NCBI GenBank assembly: GCA_043228905.1
Contig: JBHGNT010000001.1
Coordinates: 16,740,001-16,804,000 of the forward strand
Origin: Azolla caroliniana
Lineage: Eukaryota; Plantae; Polypodiophyta
DNA length: 64,000 nt
Direction of reading: 5' to 3'
Positions within the stretch are counted from its first letter, which is position 1; each line of letters opens with the position of its first letter. Under the pieces are notes generated by a model. That model did no database searches. It worked only from the letters and a program-made list of their open reading frames with translations, and was not told where the DNA came from. Below, piece after piece: positions 33,321-45,537 of the stretch. The position numbers and the translations under genes are program-made.

Positions 33321-35097
33321 TCTAGCTTGGGAGCAAGTGGCAAGTCATGTGTTGTACTGCCTTGCATCATGTGTCCGTGGTCACATGCTCGACTACATCT
33401 AAGAGGCCAAAACGCCGAAGGAGGCGTGGGGGAACCTCAAGAAGATTTTCGCGGCCACATGACCGCAAGAAAGCTTCAACTCTGTCAAGAGTTGAACGGT
33501 ATACAATAGAGGGACATGTCAATCAGCAGCTACACCTTGACGATCAAGGAGTTGTGCGATGCCCTTGGGTCGATCAATGGCAACATTGATGACGATGAAA
33601 TGGTGTAGATTTGCCTCGGAGGCCTAGCACCTCAGTTAGGATCCATTCAGTCGGCAGTCCTCGCGAGGGAGAATCCTCCCTCCTTCGATCTCCAGTAGAT
33701 GTTGTTGGTTGAGGAGAAACATATTTGAACAAGAAGCAATGCGCAAGAAGGACAAATGCTCTATTCGAACTTCGATGGAGGAAGAGGACAAGGTCGTGGA
33801 AGAAGAAGCCAATTTGGCCAAGGCCGACACAATCAAGAGAAACCCCGAGAACATAACTTCAATGACCGAGAAGACATTTTGAACGCGTGCGGCGGAGCAT
33901 TCGGAAGAAGGGGGAGTATTCAAGTCAGACCCAACTGACAAAACAAAACCGCACAGTGCGGATACTCTGGAAAATTAGACCACTATGAGGCAGAGCATCG
34001 GAAAAAGAAGAGTGAGTCGGCCTCCACAAGCTGATGATTCACAAACTACGCCTCCGACTACGACAATTGTGGCGGAATGTTTGTGATGAAGCATAGAGAG
34101 AACTAGATGACAACCACCAATCCGACCAACACCTCTAAACCAAAAGATGTATGGTTTGTCAATTTGGGTACATCCAACCATATGACATCCCACAAGGATT
34201 GGTTCAAGGAGCTATGAAAGCCTTAACGACCTGGCTATGTGGAAACTGGGGATGACACAATTCACCCCATTCAGCATGTCGGCAATGTCCCATTTGGGGA
34301 AGAAGGCAACCAAACCTACATCAAGAACGTTCTGCATGTTCCTACGATAACAAAGAACTTGGTCTCAATTGGCCAGATAGTCAAACAAGGGATGCAAGTC
34401 CGATTCAACAATGGAGGATGCTTCATCGAAAAAGAAGGCCGACTTATCGCTCGCGGTCGGAGAGAAGGTCGAATGTTCATCCTTGACTTCCACGAGATGA
34501 ACTCGGCAAATGTATGCTAAGGGCTAGAGAGCCAACGCCGACATAGAGCTATGGCACAAGAGGATAGGCCACATCAACCAACAAAAGCTCAAGGAATGCA
34601 GTCGAAAGGAGTCGTCATCAGACTCCTGACCCTCACCAAAAAGGAAATTGCATGCGTGTGCAAAGATTGCTAATTCGGCAAACAACGCAAACGGATGTAA
34701 TACATTCATATGTATGCGGACCAGCCCAAACGGAAACATTTGGTGGTTGCTGATATTACGTAATGTTCATCAACGACTTCTTAAGAGATACACGGATCTA
34801 CCCTATGTGGCAGAAGAGTGAAGTGTTCAGACACTTCCAAAAGTTCAAACACGAAGTCGAAAGAGACAACAAGTCAGCATGTCTAATGCCTTCAATCAAA
34901 TGACGGTCGACGCCCTTACAACATACCTTTGACAAGAAGGAATTCGGCTGGAGTTTACATGTCGACACACACCTCAACAGAATGGAGTAGCCGAACACAA
35001 GAACCGGCACATACTTGAGGTGGCAAGGGCAATGATGAACAAGAAACATCTGCCAAAATCATATTGGGCTGAAGCGGCAAATACGAGCGCCTATCTG
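33321..35097 (+). pseudogene. Old Ale-like copia H, 5' part (gag-PR-INT), interrupted by gypsy D
   Basis: AWEQ.AS.VLYC gag, LHVPTITKNLVS and integrase QQNGVAEHKNR; the reading ..AYL|MNR.. is restored across the ATCTG TSD. Confidence 0.85.
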
Positions 35098-35461
35098 TGT
35101 TGGCCGGTCAGAAGAGCAAGGACAAGTGGGAAGGCGGAGTCGGATCGGATAATAGGAAGTAAATAATAGTAGAATTATTATTCGGAGGGACGGATCCGGT
35201 ACAGTTGTACCGATCCGGATCCGGACCGATTCGGATGTCGGTTGCCTATAAAAGGATCCGATGATTTTGTAAAGGGTTTGACGGAAGTAATACAATAGTA
35301 ATTATTGCGTGTTTATCTGTATCTCGTATTGTTTACCGTCTGTGCTTAATTGTAATCATCTTACGCGTGTAACCTAGCATCCAATCCTTACCACCCCTTT
35401 GGAGAAGTGTTGGATAGACACCTGTGTTGAGGCTAGTCCGGCCAGGCAGACAACACCATTT

Positions 35462-35471
35462 TGGCGACCAC
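35462..35471 (+). promoter_or_regulatory. PBS of element D, TGGCGACCAC (tRNA-Arg, probably the TCG isoacceptor)
   Basis: 6 nt after the 5' LTR; 10-nt complement of the recalled tRNA-Arg 3' end (..GTGGTCGCCA). Confidence 0.7.
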
Positions 35472-38400
35472 GATTCCTGCAAAGTGCAGAGGACAACCGG
35501 GGGATGGATGTCTAGACCAAACGACGACCACATCACCGAACGAGGGAGACGATACACCAAACGCGAGCAACGATGGGAAGCCCTGCAGCAAGCCATCGAC
35601 GAGATCCGGCGGGATCGGTCATTCTCCAAAACTCTTCGGAGAGTCGCAGAAGAAGCACTGTAGTTCCGGGTTCTGCAAATCCCCGACGAAGGCAATAGCA
35701 TAACAAGCCTGCAAGAGGCGGAAACGATACTGCAGACGCTCGTCGGGGGCGACGGGGACTCGGAAGCATTCGCAACACTTGAGGCGGAGTCGGAAAGCGA
35801 CGGAAGCGTTGCGTCCCGGTATAAAAGCAGCCACGACACACCAAACGACCGGGAGGACGAGGGGTCGGAAGACTCAGTAACACCGGCGCCAGAGGAAGAA
35901 ATAACCCTGGAATTCGGTGACCGGAAATCGCCGAGGGAGGCTGACCGGATACCGACAACAACCGCGAAGGAACCGAAGGAGCGGATACCGACAACACCCG
36001 CGGAGGAACCAAAGGACCGGACACCGGCAACACCCGCAGAGGAACCAAAGGTTCTCACACCAACGCCAACAGCGGACAGAGAGTGGAGGAAGCAGGAGAG
36101 TTAGTTGGACGACACGATGCCGTACCCATACCCAAAGTACTGGGATGAGGCCGACGCGGAGGCACACGTGTACGCATTCCTCCAAACATGGGAAGCCAAC
36201 CATGTCTCCCAAAGACTGACGGAGCCCGAAGCCGAACGATCCAAAGTCGCCGAATTCGGCATAACCTTAGAAGGACCGGCAGCCCGATGGCACGCAAAGC
36301 ACTTACCGGGCAGCTTTGCCACATTCGATGCCTTGAAGACCAGATTCCTCAGGCTTTTTCACAGACAATTTGAGCAAAGGGAATTGGTCGGGCAGTTCTA
36401 CACCACCCGACAGGAAGAGAACGAGACTGTGCCACAATTCATCATTCGGTTTCAGACCCTGCACAGCCAACTGACAAGAGCACCACCCGAAGACGAAGCC
36501 AAAGCAGTCTTTTTGGCCGCACTGAAAGAGCCACTTCGAACAATGTGCGGAGTCCTTGATTTCCAAACCAGCACAATGGACCAAGTTATTGATCGGGTTT
36601 TAGAAATGGACAAGACTAGCCCCTTTTTGTCAATGGGGATGTTACACCGGGCACTCCTGAAGGAGGAAGACCTGAGGTTCCGACAGGCCTTACAATGTAC
36701 AACATGCCTAAATTCAGGGCACTCAACAGTAGACTGCACCCTGCGGACACAATGTATGATCTGCAACTCTCGAGCCCATACAACGAACCGATGCGAATAT
36801 AACCTGTTAAATCGGCAGGCAGCACCGGTTCGACACATAGAACCACGCAATCAGAACCCGGACGAGGATCGATTCCGGAGAGACGACCGCTACCAACGCG
36901 AACGCGGTAACAGATACGCTGATAGAAGACGCAATAACTATGACCGAGAGGAGAGACGCAGAGATAGCTACCCCCGGGACCGGTACGACCGAGACGAATC
37001 CCCGAAATACGAACGATGCAGAGAAGAGAGGCGACAAGGGAACCGAAATTTCCGACGGAATCAGAAGCGTGGATTTTTCCGAAGAGAGGAACGTCGGGAG
37101 GCAGCGAGGAATGACAACCCGGTATCGGTACCGGATAACCGAAAAACCGAAGACGACCGCCAGAGCATACCCACCCTCCAAACCGGGGACAAAGGAGAAA
37201 CGAGCAACAGTCACAAGGTGTACTGTTATTACTGCCGTAAGGAAGGCCACTATAGTAACCAATGCCCAAGCAAAACCAATGACAAGCAGCCGGAAGTCAA
37301 CATGGTTACAGCCGAAATAACAGAAGTACAGCAGGTCACAACCCGGTCAAAGGGAAAGACCGCCGAGTGGGAAGCCCAAGAGGCAATCAGAAAACAAGCG
37401 GCACAATGGATCAAGCACGCCAATGAACAGAATGCGGCAGAAGTAAGAGACCAAAATATGCCAAAAGACGAAGAAATCATACAGCCAGGAGAAAACCCGA
37501 CGTGGCAAGCGCTACAGGACTGTCAAATCGTGCTGCCGTTAGCACGACTACTACAGTTGGTGCCACAGTTTACGGCAGACTTACAGGCATCCGTGAGCAA
37601 ACCGAAGCCGACGCCAGCACCGGCATTCTTCTCCAACCCGGAGGAAGGACCAGCGGTGGTCGATACAAGTAGCCCGGCGATCACGGCAATCGTGAAAGGA
37701 AAGGAAATTGCTGGAACGATTATTGACGGAGGCTCCGGGGTAAATGTCATCAGCCAACAGACATGCAACGACCTGGGCATTCGGGAATGGGAACCATGCC
37801 CCTTCTGGTTACGCATGGCGGATACCAGCTCAGTCCGACCGACCGGGCTTATCCGGGATTTGGAAGTAACGATCGGAGGCCACATATTCCGGATATCGGC
37901 CGTGGTGCTGCAGCTGAATGTACAAGGCGCATACCCCCTACTGCTAGGACGACCATGGCTGCGAATGACGCATATCAAGCAGAGCTGGCAAAAGAACATG
38001 ATCACATTCCTGCGAGGGAAAACAAAGGTACGAGTAACGACGCAACCACGGGTGATCACCAGTAAGGAAGCAACTCCATTGTATGCGGAAAGCATTAACA
38101 TGTTGGAGGGATTACTGGACGAGGAAGTCGAGCGGTACCTTGAGGAACACCCACGAATCGTCCCACTATTTGAGGTGGATATCACGGCGGCAGTAGAACC
38201 GTACATTACGACGCCGGATGAACCGGACCAAGCGGCGATCCAAGAACTGCGACAAGCGCAGGAATCCCTAGAGAGGGAAATGACGATATCCCAGAGGGTA
38301 AAAGCATCCCAACTAGAGGAGGTGGACCTCGGCACAGCAGACAAGCCCCGACTGGTAAATGTTGCAAAGGAGTTGCCGAAGGAAGAAAAGAAGGCAATGG

Positions 38401-40134
38401 TAGCATTATTAACAGACTTCAAGGATGTGTTCGCGTGGTCGTACGAAGACATGCGAGGGTTGGACCCCTAGCTCTATCAGCACCAAATTCACCTAAGTAC
38501 GGACGCGAAACCGATCGCTCAACGCAGGTACCGGATGAATCCGAATTATGCGGCGAAGGTGAAGGAGGAAATTGATAAGCTCCTCCGGGTCGGATTTATC
38601 CGACCGGTCAAGCAGGCAACCTGGCTGAGTCCGATAGTGGTGGTCCCGAAAAAGAACGGCAAAATCCGGGTATGCGTGGACTACCGAAAACTAAATGCCG
38701 CAACAGTGACCGATCCGTTTCCACTACCATTTACAGACGGGGTGTTAGATGCTGTAGCCGGCCACGAAGTTTACAGCTTCCTGGATGGATTTAGCGGTTA
38801 CAACCAAATACGAATGAACCTGGCCGACCAGGAGAAGACAGCGTTCGTAACGGAATGGGGAGTGTTCGTCGCGGTCGTGATGATGTTCGGACTAAAGACG
38901 GCTCCAGCGACCTTTCAAAGGATAATAATGGAAATTTTCGGGGAATATATCCCCGGTTTTATGCAGGTCTTCCTTGACGATTTCGCGGTCTACAGCCAGC
39001 ACGGAGAGCATCTCGAGCACCTCCGGCTGTGCTTGGAGAAGTGCCGCGAGTACCGATTGAGCCTGAACCCGGCCAAGTGCGTCTTTGGAGTGGCAAGCGG
39101 CAACTTACTAGGGCACGTGGTAAGGAAGGAATCGCGGTAGATCCGGATAAAGTCAAGGCGATTCTCGAGGCACCAGCACCAAATAACGCAAAGGCTTTAA
39201 GCCGGTTCCTGGGCCAAATAAGGTGGCATAGCCGGATGATACGGCACCTCGCAGACTTCGCTACACCGTTACATACCGCCGTACATAGGGTACCCTTCCT
39301 ATGGGCGGAGACGGAGGAGGAAGCCTACCAAGCGTTGAAGGTTATGCTGTCGCAAGCTCCGGTGGTGCAACCGCCGGATTGGAGTAAAAGCTTTCACGTC
39401 TTCGTCGACGCGTCGGACGTAGCAATCGGCAGCGTTCTGATGCAACTCACGGAGCCGAAATGGTACCGACCGGTGTACTACGCAAGCCGGAAACTCTCAA
39501 AAGCCGAACGGAATTACTCTACGACGGAACACAAGGCATTGGGAATGGTGTATAGTGTCACAAAGTACAGGCACTATCTGCTCGGAAGGAAGTTTTCCTT
39601 CCATGTCGACCATTCGGCACTACTCTACCTGGTCTCGAAGGCATCCCTGACGGGAAAAATTGCACGATGGACACTGCTGTTACAAGAATTTGAATTCGAC
39701 ATTTTCCACCGACCCGGGGCGCAGCATGCGGTAGCAGACTACCTAAGCAGACTCGAATCCAGAGAAGCAGGGGACGGCGTCCAGGATGAGTTTCCCGACG
39801 CCGAGTTGTTCCGGATCACGACGAAACCGGCAACGGATGCAACGGTAGCCGATGAAGACATGTGGCTAACTGAGATGCATCAGTTCCTGAGCACCGGAGT
39901 TCCCCCGGAGAACATGGACCGCGATGAAAGGAAAAGGGTAGCAGTAAGAAGCAGACATTTCTGCTTGGTTGGAGACACCCTCTATCACAAGGGGGCAGAT
40001 GGCATCTGGAGACGAGCAGTGCAGAGCGATGAGAAGGATCTAATCCTCAGGGAAGCCCACTGTGGAATTGCCGGCGGGCATTATGCCGGTGACGCAACCA
40101 CTCGGAAAAAATATGGCAGAGCGGACTGTGGTGG

Positions 40135-43100
40135 TGTTGGGATTTCGGTCCCTCCGGATGGGATGTCCGGAGATGAATGACGGCAAGCCCGGTTGCGGTT
40201 ACGGAACCGGATGATGAAGAGTACCCGGCATGAAGCCGGATGAAGAGTACCCGGATACGGATCCGGATGATGAAGACCCCGGTTACGGAGCCGGATGACG
40301 AATGTACCCGGAGAGAGATCCGGATGCGGGGACATATTTGTGAATATGTTTGCCAAGGGCCCTTGAGGCTATATTTGTAAATAGCCCGAAAGTCATATGT
40401 GTATAAGTATGACTTAGGGCAAACAGTTTTATGTTGTTGTTGCTCATTTTTCTGTTTTCCACTGAGAGGAAGCGAAGTGAGAGAAGCCGAGAGAGAGTGA
40501 GCGAGAAAGAGGAAGGAAGAGGTCGACGCCTCTGTGTAATACCGCCGCCTGTGGCGAGGACAGCGAGCTCAAGGTCGTCGCCTTGCAGCTCGCCATTGTA
40601 CATTCCCCGCGTATAGTGATAGTTGGAGTCTTGCACTCCCGTGGTTTTTCCCATTTAGGGTTTTCCACGTAAAACATCCAGTGTACCCTTCTCTTTATTG
40701 TTTTCGTGCATTCTTGTATTTCCCGTTTTCGGTGAGTAGATCCTATTCCTCGGTTGTGGCCGAGCGCTGTTTACAACAAAGTGGTATCAGAGCGAGGTTA
40801 ACACAGAAAATGGAAGGCGGCGGTAGTGGGCCTCCGGGCATGATGGTGTTGAACTCACAGAACTACGCCGACTGGAAGATAAAGATGGAAGACCTTCTCA
40901 TCGTCCGAGACCTGTACGAACCGATCGACAATGCCGAGATACCCAAGGGGGTAATAGAGTCGGAGTGGAAGCTCCTGAACCGGAAAGCCGTAGCGACGAT
41001 CCGGCAATATGTCGATGTAAGTGTTCTGCAACATGTCGCGAACGATACGAACGCCTATGAGATGTGGCGGAAGCTGTCGGGCCTCTACGAGAGGAAGAAT
41101 GCGTTGAACCGGACCTCCCTGATGAGGAAGATAGTGAACCTCAAGTACCGGGACGGCGAGAGTATGGTGGAACACGTAAGCACGTTCATGGGATTCGTGA
41201 ACCAGCTTGCGGCGATCAAGTTCCCGTTGGAGGATGCAATGCAAGCCATCATCCTGATGTGTACATTGCCGGAAAGCTGGGAGAACTTGGTGGTGACTCT
41301 CAGCACCTCCTGCACCGAAGAAAACTTGTCCCTACAAACGGTAAAGACAAGTATTTTGAACGAAGAAGCGCGTCGGAGAGATAAAGAACCGGCCTCCGAT
41401 CCGAAGATGCTGCTTACCGAATCGGATCGGGGAAGACAACGGAACCGGAGTCCGCAAAGACGGGAGAAGTCGGGGACCCGGTCGCAGTCAAGAGGAAGGC
41501 CCACATGCTTCCACTGTGGGAAGCCGGGGCACTTCCGGAAGAATTGTCGGCATTACCGAAAAGACAACGGAGCCGACGACACCGATTCGAAGAAGTCACC
41601 GGAGCGAAACGGCGCATACCGGGGAGCCACGGACCGGAGAGGTCCGGATCGGCGAGGGCAGGACCGGAAAGGAACGACGGCACTCGCGGCAAGTGAAGAA
41701 GAGATAATGCTCATTACCGAAGAGAGGGAGCTGAACCTTGCCGGTGAAGAGATGACCTGGGTGGTCGATTCCGGAGCGTCGTTCCACCTGACCCCGGAGA
41801 AGAAATACTTCTCATCCTACACAGCCGGTGAGCACGGCTGTGTCCGGATGGGAAATGAAGGTACATGCCGGATTGCCGGCATAGGAGACGTGTGGCTGAC
41901 GACACCAACCGGATGCAAGATGCTGCTGAAGGACGTCCGACACGTTCCGGAGGTTCGATTGAACCTGATTTCGGCCGGGAGGCTAGACGATGAAGGCTAC
42001 ACGGGTAGCATCCGGAACGGTGTCATGAAGTTCAGCAAAGGGAGCCTGATAGTGGCTCGGGCCCGGAAGGTCAACACACTGTACCTGATGAATTCCCGGC
42101 TATGTCCTGAGGAGCTGAACGTGGCAGCTGACACTGCCGGTGAGCTATGGCACAAGAGACTGTGCCACATGAGCGAGAAGGGGATGAAGAGGCTTGCCGA
42201 AGACAACCTGATACCGGTAAAGCATTTACACTTGGGGAAGTGTACCGACTGTCTGGCCGGTAAGCAAAACCGGACCTCCTTCCACTCAAGGCCACCGACG
42301 AGACGTAGCGCACCATTGGAGTTGGTGCACACTGACGTGTGTCAAGTAGAAACGAAGTCACATGGCGGAGCCCAGTACTTCGTGACATTCATTGATGACC
42401 ACAGCCGGAAGCTGTGGATGGCACCGTTGAAGACAAAGGACCAAGTGTTGTGCGTCTTCAAAGAACTCCACGCGAGAGTGGAAAGAGAATCCGGCAAGAA
42501 GCTGAAAGCGATACGAGCGGATAACGGAGGGGAATACCGGGGGCAGTTCGAGGAGTACTGTCGCTCGAAGGGAATCCGGCTCGAGTTTACTGCGCCGAAG
42601 ACGCCGGAACTGAACGGGCTGGCCGAGAGGATGAACCGGACCATAATGGAGAGGGTCCGGAGTATGCTGGCGCATGCGAAATTACCCAAGGGGTTTTGGG
42701 CTGAGGCAATGTCGACGGCGACGTATGTGATAAATAGATCACCCTCAGTACCTTTGGACGGAGACACGCCGCAGAAAGTGTGGACTGGTAAGGAAGTGTC
42801 CTACCGGCATCTGAAGGTGTTCGGATGTCTCGCGTATGTGCATGTGGCAAAGGACCGGAGAGGAAAGCTAGATCCAAAGACCCGGCCATGCATATTCCTC
42901 GGTTACGGCGACGACGAGTTCGGCTACCGAGTATGGGACCCGGTCGACAAGAAGATGTTCAGGAGTCGAGATATCATCTTCATGGAGGACAAGACGCTCG
43001 CCGACTGGGAGTCGGAGAAGAAGATGAAGAGCTCCAAGTCGACCGGTGAGAATCAACTCTACGAGGAGCAGTCCCGACCGGCAAGGGACCGGTTAGCACT

Positions 43101-45537
43101 CGAGGATCCGGCCGAAGACGGTGAAGAAACAGAACCGGCCGAGGAAGATGAAACTGATACCGGAACCGGCCCCGATCCCGAAACGGATTCGGATGAAGAG
43201 GAAACGGAGGAGCCGGTTACCGAAGCTCCGGAACGGAGATATCCTCTAAGAGAGAGAAGGGCCCCTCGGAGATTTCCGGAACCAGAGCACGTGCTGCTAA
43301 CCGACGAGGGGGAGCCGGAGAGTTTTGAAGAAGCAAAGCTTGACACCCATAGCCGCAGGTGGTTAAGTGCCATGCAGGAGGAGATGGATTCCCTGCATGA
43401 GAACCACACATATGAACTTGTGGAGTTGCCGAAAGGAAAGCGGGCACTTCGAAACAAGTGGGTGTTCAAGCTGAAACCAGGAGATGCCGAAAACCCCCCG
43501 AGATACAAAGCCAGGATCGTGGTGAAGGGGTTCCAGCAGAAGAAGGGCGTCGACTTCGACGAGATATTTGCCCCGGTAGTGAAGATGACCTCCATCCGGA
43601 CGGTGCTGAGCATAGCGGCAAGTATGGACCTCGAGGTAGAACAGATGGACGTGAAGACGGCATTCCTTCACGGTGACCTCGAAGAAGAGATCTACATGCA
43701 GCAACCGGAAGGATTCGAGAAGAAAAGGAAGGAGCACCTGGTATGCCGGTTGAAGAAGAGCCTTTACGGACTGAAGCAGGCTCCCCGGCAATGGTACCGG
43801 AAGTTCGACTCCTTCATGACCGACGAAGGGTATCACAAAACGCAGTCTGATCACTGCGTGTTTGTGAAGAAGTTCGAAGGAGGAGACTCTCTAATACTCC
43901 TCCTGTACGTGGACGACATGTTGATCGTCGGACGGGACCAGGTCAAGATACGGATGCTGAAGAAAGCGCTTCACCGAACCTTCTCAATGAAGGACCTGGG
44001 TCCGGCGAGGCAAATACTAGGGATGCACATCATCCGGGACCGGAAGAAGAAGCAGTTGTGGCTGTCACAGGAGAAGTACGTGACAAAGGTGCTTCACCGG
44101 TTCAACATGTCGGAAGCAAGACCGGTCGGGTCAACCCTACCGGCAAACTGCAAGTTGTCCAGCAAGCAAAGCCCCAAGACAAAGGCTGAGAAGGAGGACA
44201 TGATGAAAGTACCATATGCCTCTGCTGTCGGAAGCTTGATGTACGCTATGGTGTGTACAAGACCGGACATAGGATATGCAGTTGGAGTGGTGAGCCGGTA
44301 CATGAGCAACCCCGGCAAAGAGCACTGGAACGCGGTCAAGTGGATACTCCGATACCTGAAGGGCACGGCAAACGTGTGCCTCCGATTCGGCTCTGGTAAG
44401 CCCGAACTCGACGGCTTTACTGATTCGGATATGTCGGCTGATGCAGATACCAGCTGGTCCACATCAGGGTATGTGATGACGTATGCAGGGGGAGCTGTTT
44501 CGTGGCAGTCGAGGCTGCAGAAGACGGTTGCGTTGTCAACCACGGAGGCGGAGTACATGGCGGTTGTTGAAGCCGGCAAGGAAATAATATGGATGAAGGA
44601 CTTCATTAGAGAGCTCGGTATCCGGCAAGAGGAGTACCGACTCTACTGTGACAGTCAGAGTGCCATCCACCTTGCGAAGAACGCGGTCTATCACTCCCGG
44701 ACGAAGCACATCCAGCGAAGATATCACTGGATCCGGGAAAGGATAGAAGACCAGGAGTTCGTGCTGACGAAGATCCACACGGAAGAGAACGGGTCAGATA
44801 TGCTGACCAAAGTACTCACACCCGACAAGCTGGGAGCGTGCCGGAAGAGAGTCGGATTGGAGAGACATCCCATGCCGAAGTGAAGGGGGAGTTTGTTGGG
44901 ATTTCGGTCCCTCCGGATGGGATGTCCGGAGATGAATGACGGCAAGCCCGGTTGCGGTTACGGAACCGGATGATGAAGAGTACCCGGCATGAAGCCGGAT
45001 GAAGAGTACCCGGATACGGATCCGGATGATGAAGACCCCGGTTACGGAGCCGGATGACGAATGTACCCGGAGAGAGATCCGGATGCGGGGACATATTTGT
45101 GAATATGTTTGCCAAGGGCCCTTGAGGCTATATTTGTAAATAGCCCGAAAGTCATATGTGTATAAGTATGACTTAGGGCAAACAGTTTTATGTTGTTGTT
45201 GCTCATTTTTCTGTTTTCCACTGAGAGGAAGCGAAGTGAGAGAAGCCGAGAGAGAGTGAGCGAGAAAGAGGAAGGAAGAGGTCGACGCCTCTGTGTAATA
45301 CCGCCGCCTGTGGCGAGGACAGCGAGCTCAAGGTCGTCGCCTTGCAGCTCGCCATTGTACATTCCCCGCGTATAGTGATAGTTGGAGTCTTGCACTCCCG
45401 TGGTTTTTCCCATTTAGGGTTTTCCACGTAAAACATCCAGTGTACCCTTCTCTTTATTGTTTTCGTGCATTCTTGTATTTCCCGTTTTCGGTGAGTAGAT
45501 CCTATTCCTCGGTTGTGGCCGAGCGTTGTTTACAACA
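40135..45537 (+). mobile_element. Intact, very young Tork/Tnt1-like Ty1/copia element (644-bp LTRs 40135-40778 and 44894-45537; TSD GGTGG)
   Basis: LTRs essentially identical (one substitution noticed by eye); PBS TGGTATCAGAGC at 40782-40793; PPT GAAGGGGGAG at 44882-44891; perfect 5-bp TSD. Confidence 0.97.
40810..44883 (+). CDS. Ty1/copia gag-pol polyprotein, 1357 aa (gag, CCHC, protease, integrase, RT, RNaseH)
   Basis: Uninterrupted ORF from the first ATG after the PBS; CFHCGKPGHFRKNC, VVDSGAS, HTDVC..RADNGGE..LAERMNR, YVDDML, DSDMS..TEAEY..CDSQSA. Confidence 0.96.
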   Translation: MEGGGSGPPGMMVLNSQNYADWKIKMEDLLIVRDLYEPIDNAEIPKGVIESEWKLLNRKAVATIRQYVDVSVLQHVANDTNAYEMWRKLSGLYERKNALNRTSLMRKIVNLKYRDGESMVEHVSTFMGFVNQLAAIKFPLEDAMQAIILMCTLPESWENLVVTLSTSCTEENLSLQTVKTSILNEEARRRDKEPASDPKMLLTESDRGRQRNRSPQRREKSGTRSQSRGRPTCFHCGKPGHFRKNCRHYRKDNGADDTDSKKSPERNGAYRGATDRRGPDRRGQDRKGTTALAASEEEIMLITEERELNLAGEEMTWVVDSGASFHLTPEKKYFSSYTAGEHGCVRMGNEGTCRIAGIGDVWLTTPTGCKMLLKDVRHVPEVRLNLISAGRLDDEGYTGSIRNGVMKFSKGSLIVARARKVNTLYLMNSRLCPEELNVAADTAGELWHKRLCHMSEKGMKRLAEDNLIPVKHLHLGKCTDCLAGKQNRTSFHSRPPTRRSAPLELVHTDVCQVETKSHGGAQYFVTFIDDHSRKLWMAPLKTKDQVLCVFKELHARVERESGKKLKAIRADNGGEYRGQFEEYCRSKGIRLEFTAPKTPELNGLAERMNRTIMERVRSMLAHAKLPKGFWAEAMSTATYVINRSPSVPLDGDTPQKVWTGKEVSYRHLKVFGCLAYVHVAKDRRGKLDPKTRPCIFLGYGDDEFGYRVWDPVDKKMFRSRDIIFMEDKTLADWESEKKMKSSKSTGENQLYEEQSRPARDRLALEDPAEDGEETEPAEEDETDTGTGPDPETDSDEEETEEPVTEAPERRYPLRERRAPRRFPEPEHVLLTDEGEPESFEEAKLDTHSRRWLSAMQEEMDSLHENHTYELVELPKGKRALRNKWVFKLKPGDAENPPRYKARIVVKGFQQKKGVDFDEIFAPVVKMTSIRTVLSIAASMDLEVEQMDVKTAFLHGDLEEEIYMQQPEGFEKKRKEHLVCRLKKSLYGLKQAPRQWYRKFDSFMTDEGYHKTQSDHCVFVKKFEGGDSLILLLYVDDMLIVGRDQVKIRMLKKALHRTFSMKDLGPARQILGMHIIRDRKKKQLWLSQEKYVTKVLHRFNMSEARPVGSTLPANCKLSSKQSPKTKAEKEDMMKVPYASAVGSLMYAMVCTRPDIGYAVGVVSRYMSNPGKEHWNAVKWILRYLKGTANVCLRFGSGKPELDGFTDSDMSADADTSWSTSGYVMTYAGGAVSWQSRLQKTVALSTTEAEYMAVVEAGKEIIWMKDFIRELGIRQEEYRLYCDSQSAIHLAKNAVYHSRTKHIQRRYHWIRERIEDQEFVLTKIHTEENGSDMLTKVLTPDKLGACRKRVGLERHPMPK

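Noticed and set aside
37523-38452. Long antisense ORFs over TE coding regions (also 13658-14521 and 61878-62921)
   Set aside because: These are shadow ORFs expected from GC-rich codon usage; they have no recognisable motifs.
40681-40809. N-terminal 43 aa of the listed 1400-aa ORF
   Set aside because: It starts at a GTG inside the LTR and runs through the PBS; the plausible start is the ATG at 40810.
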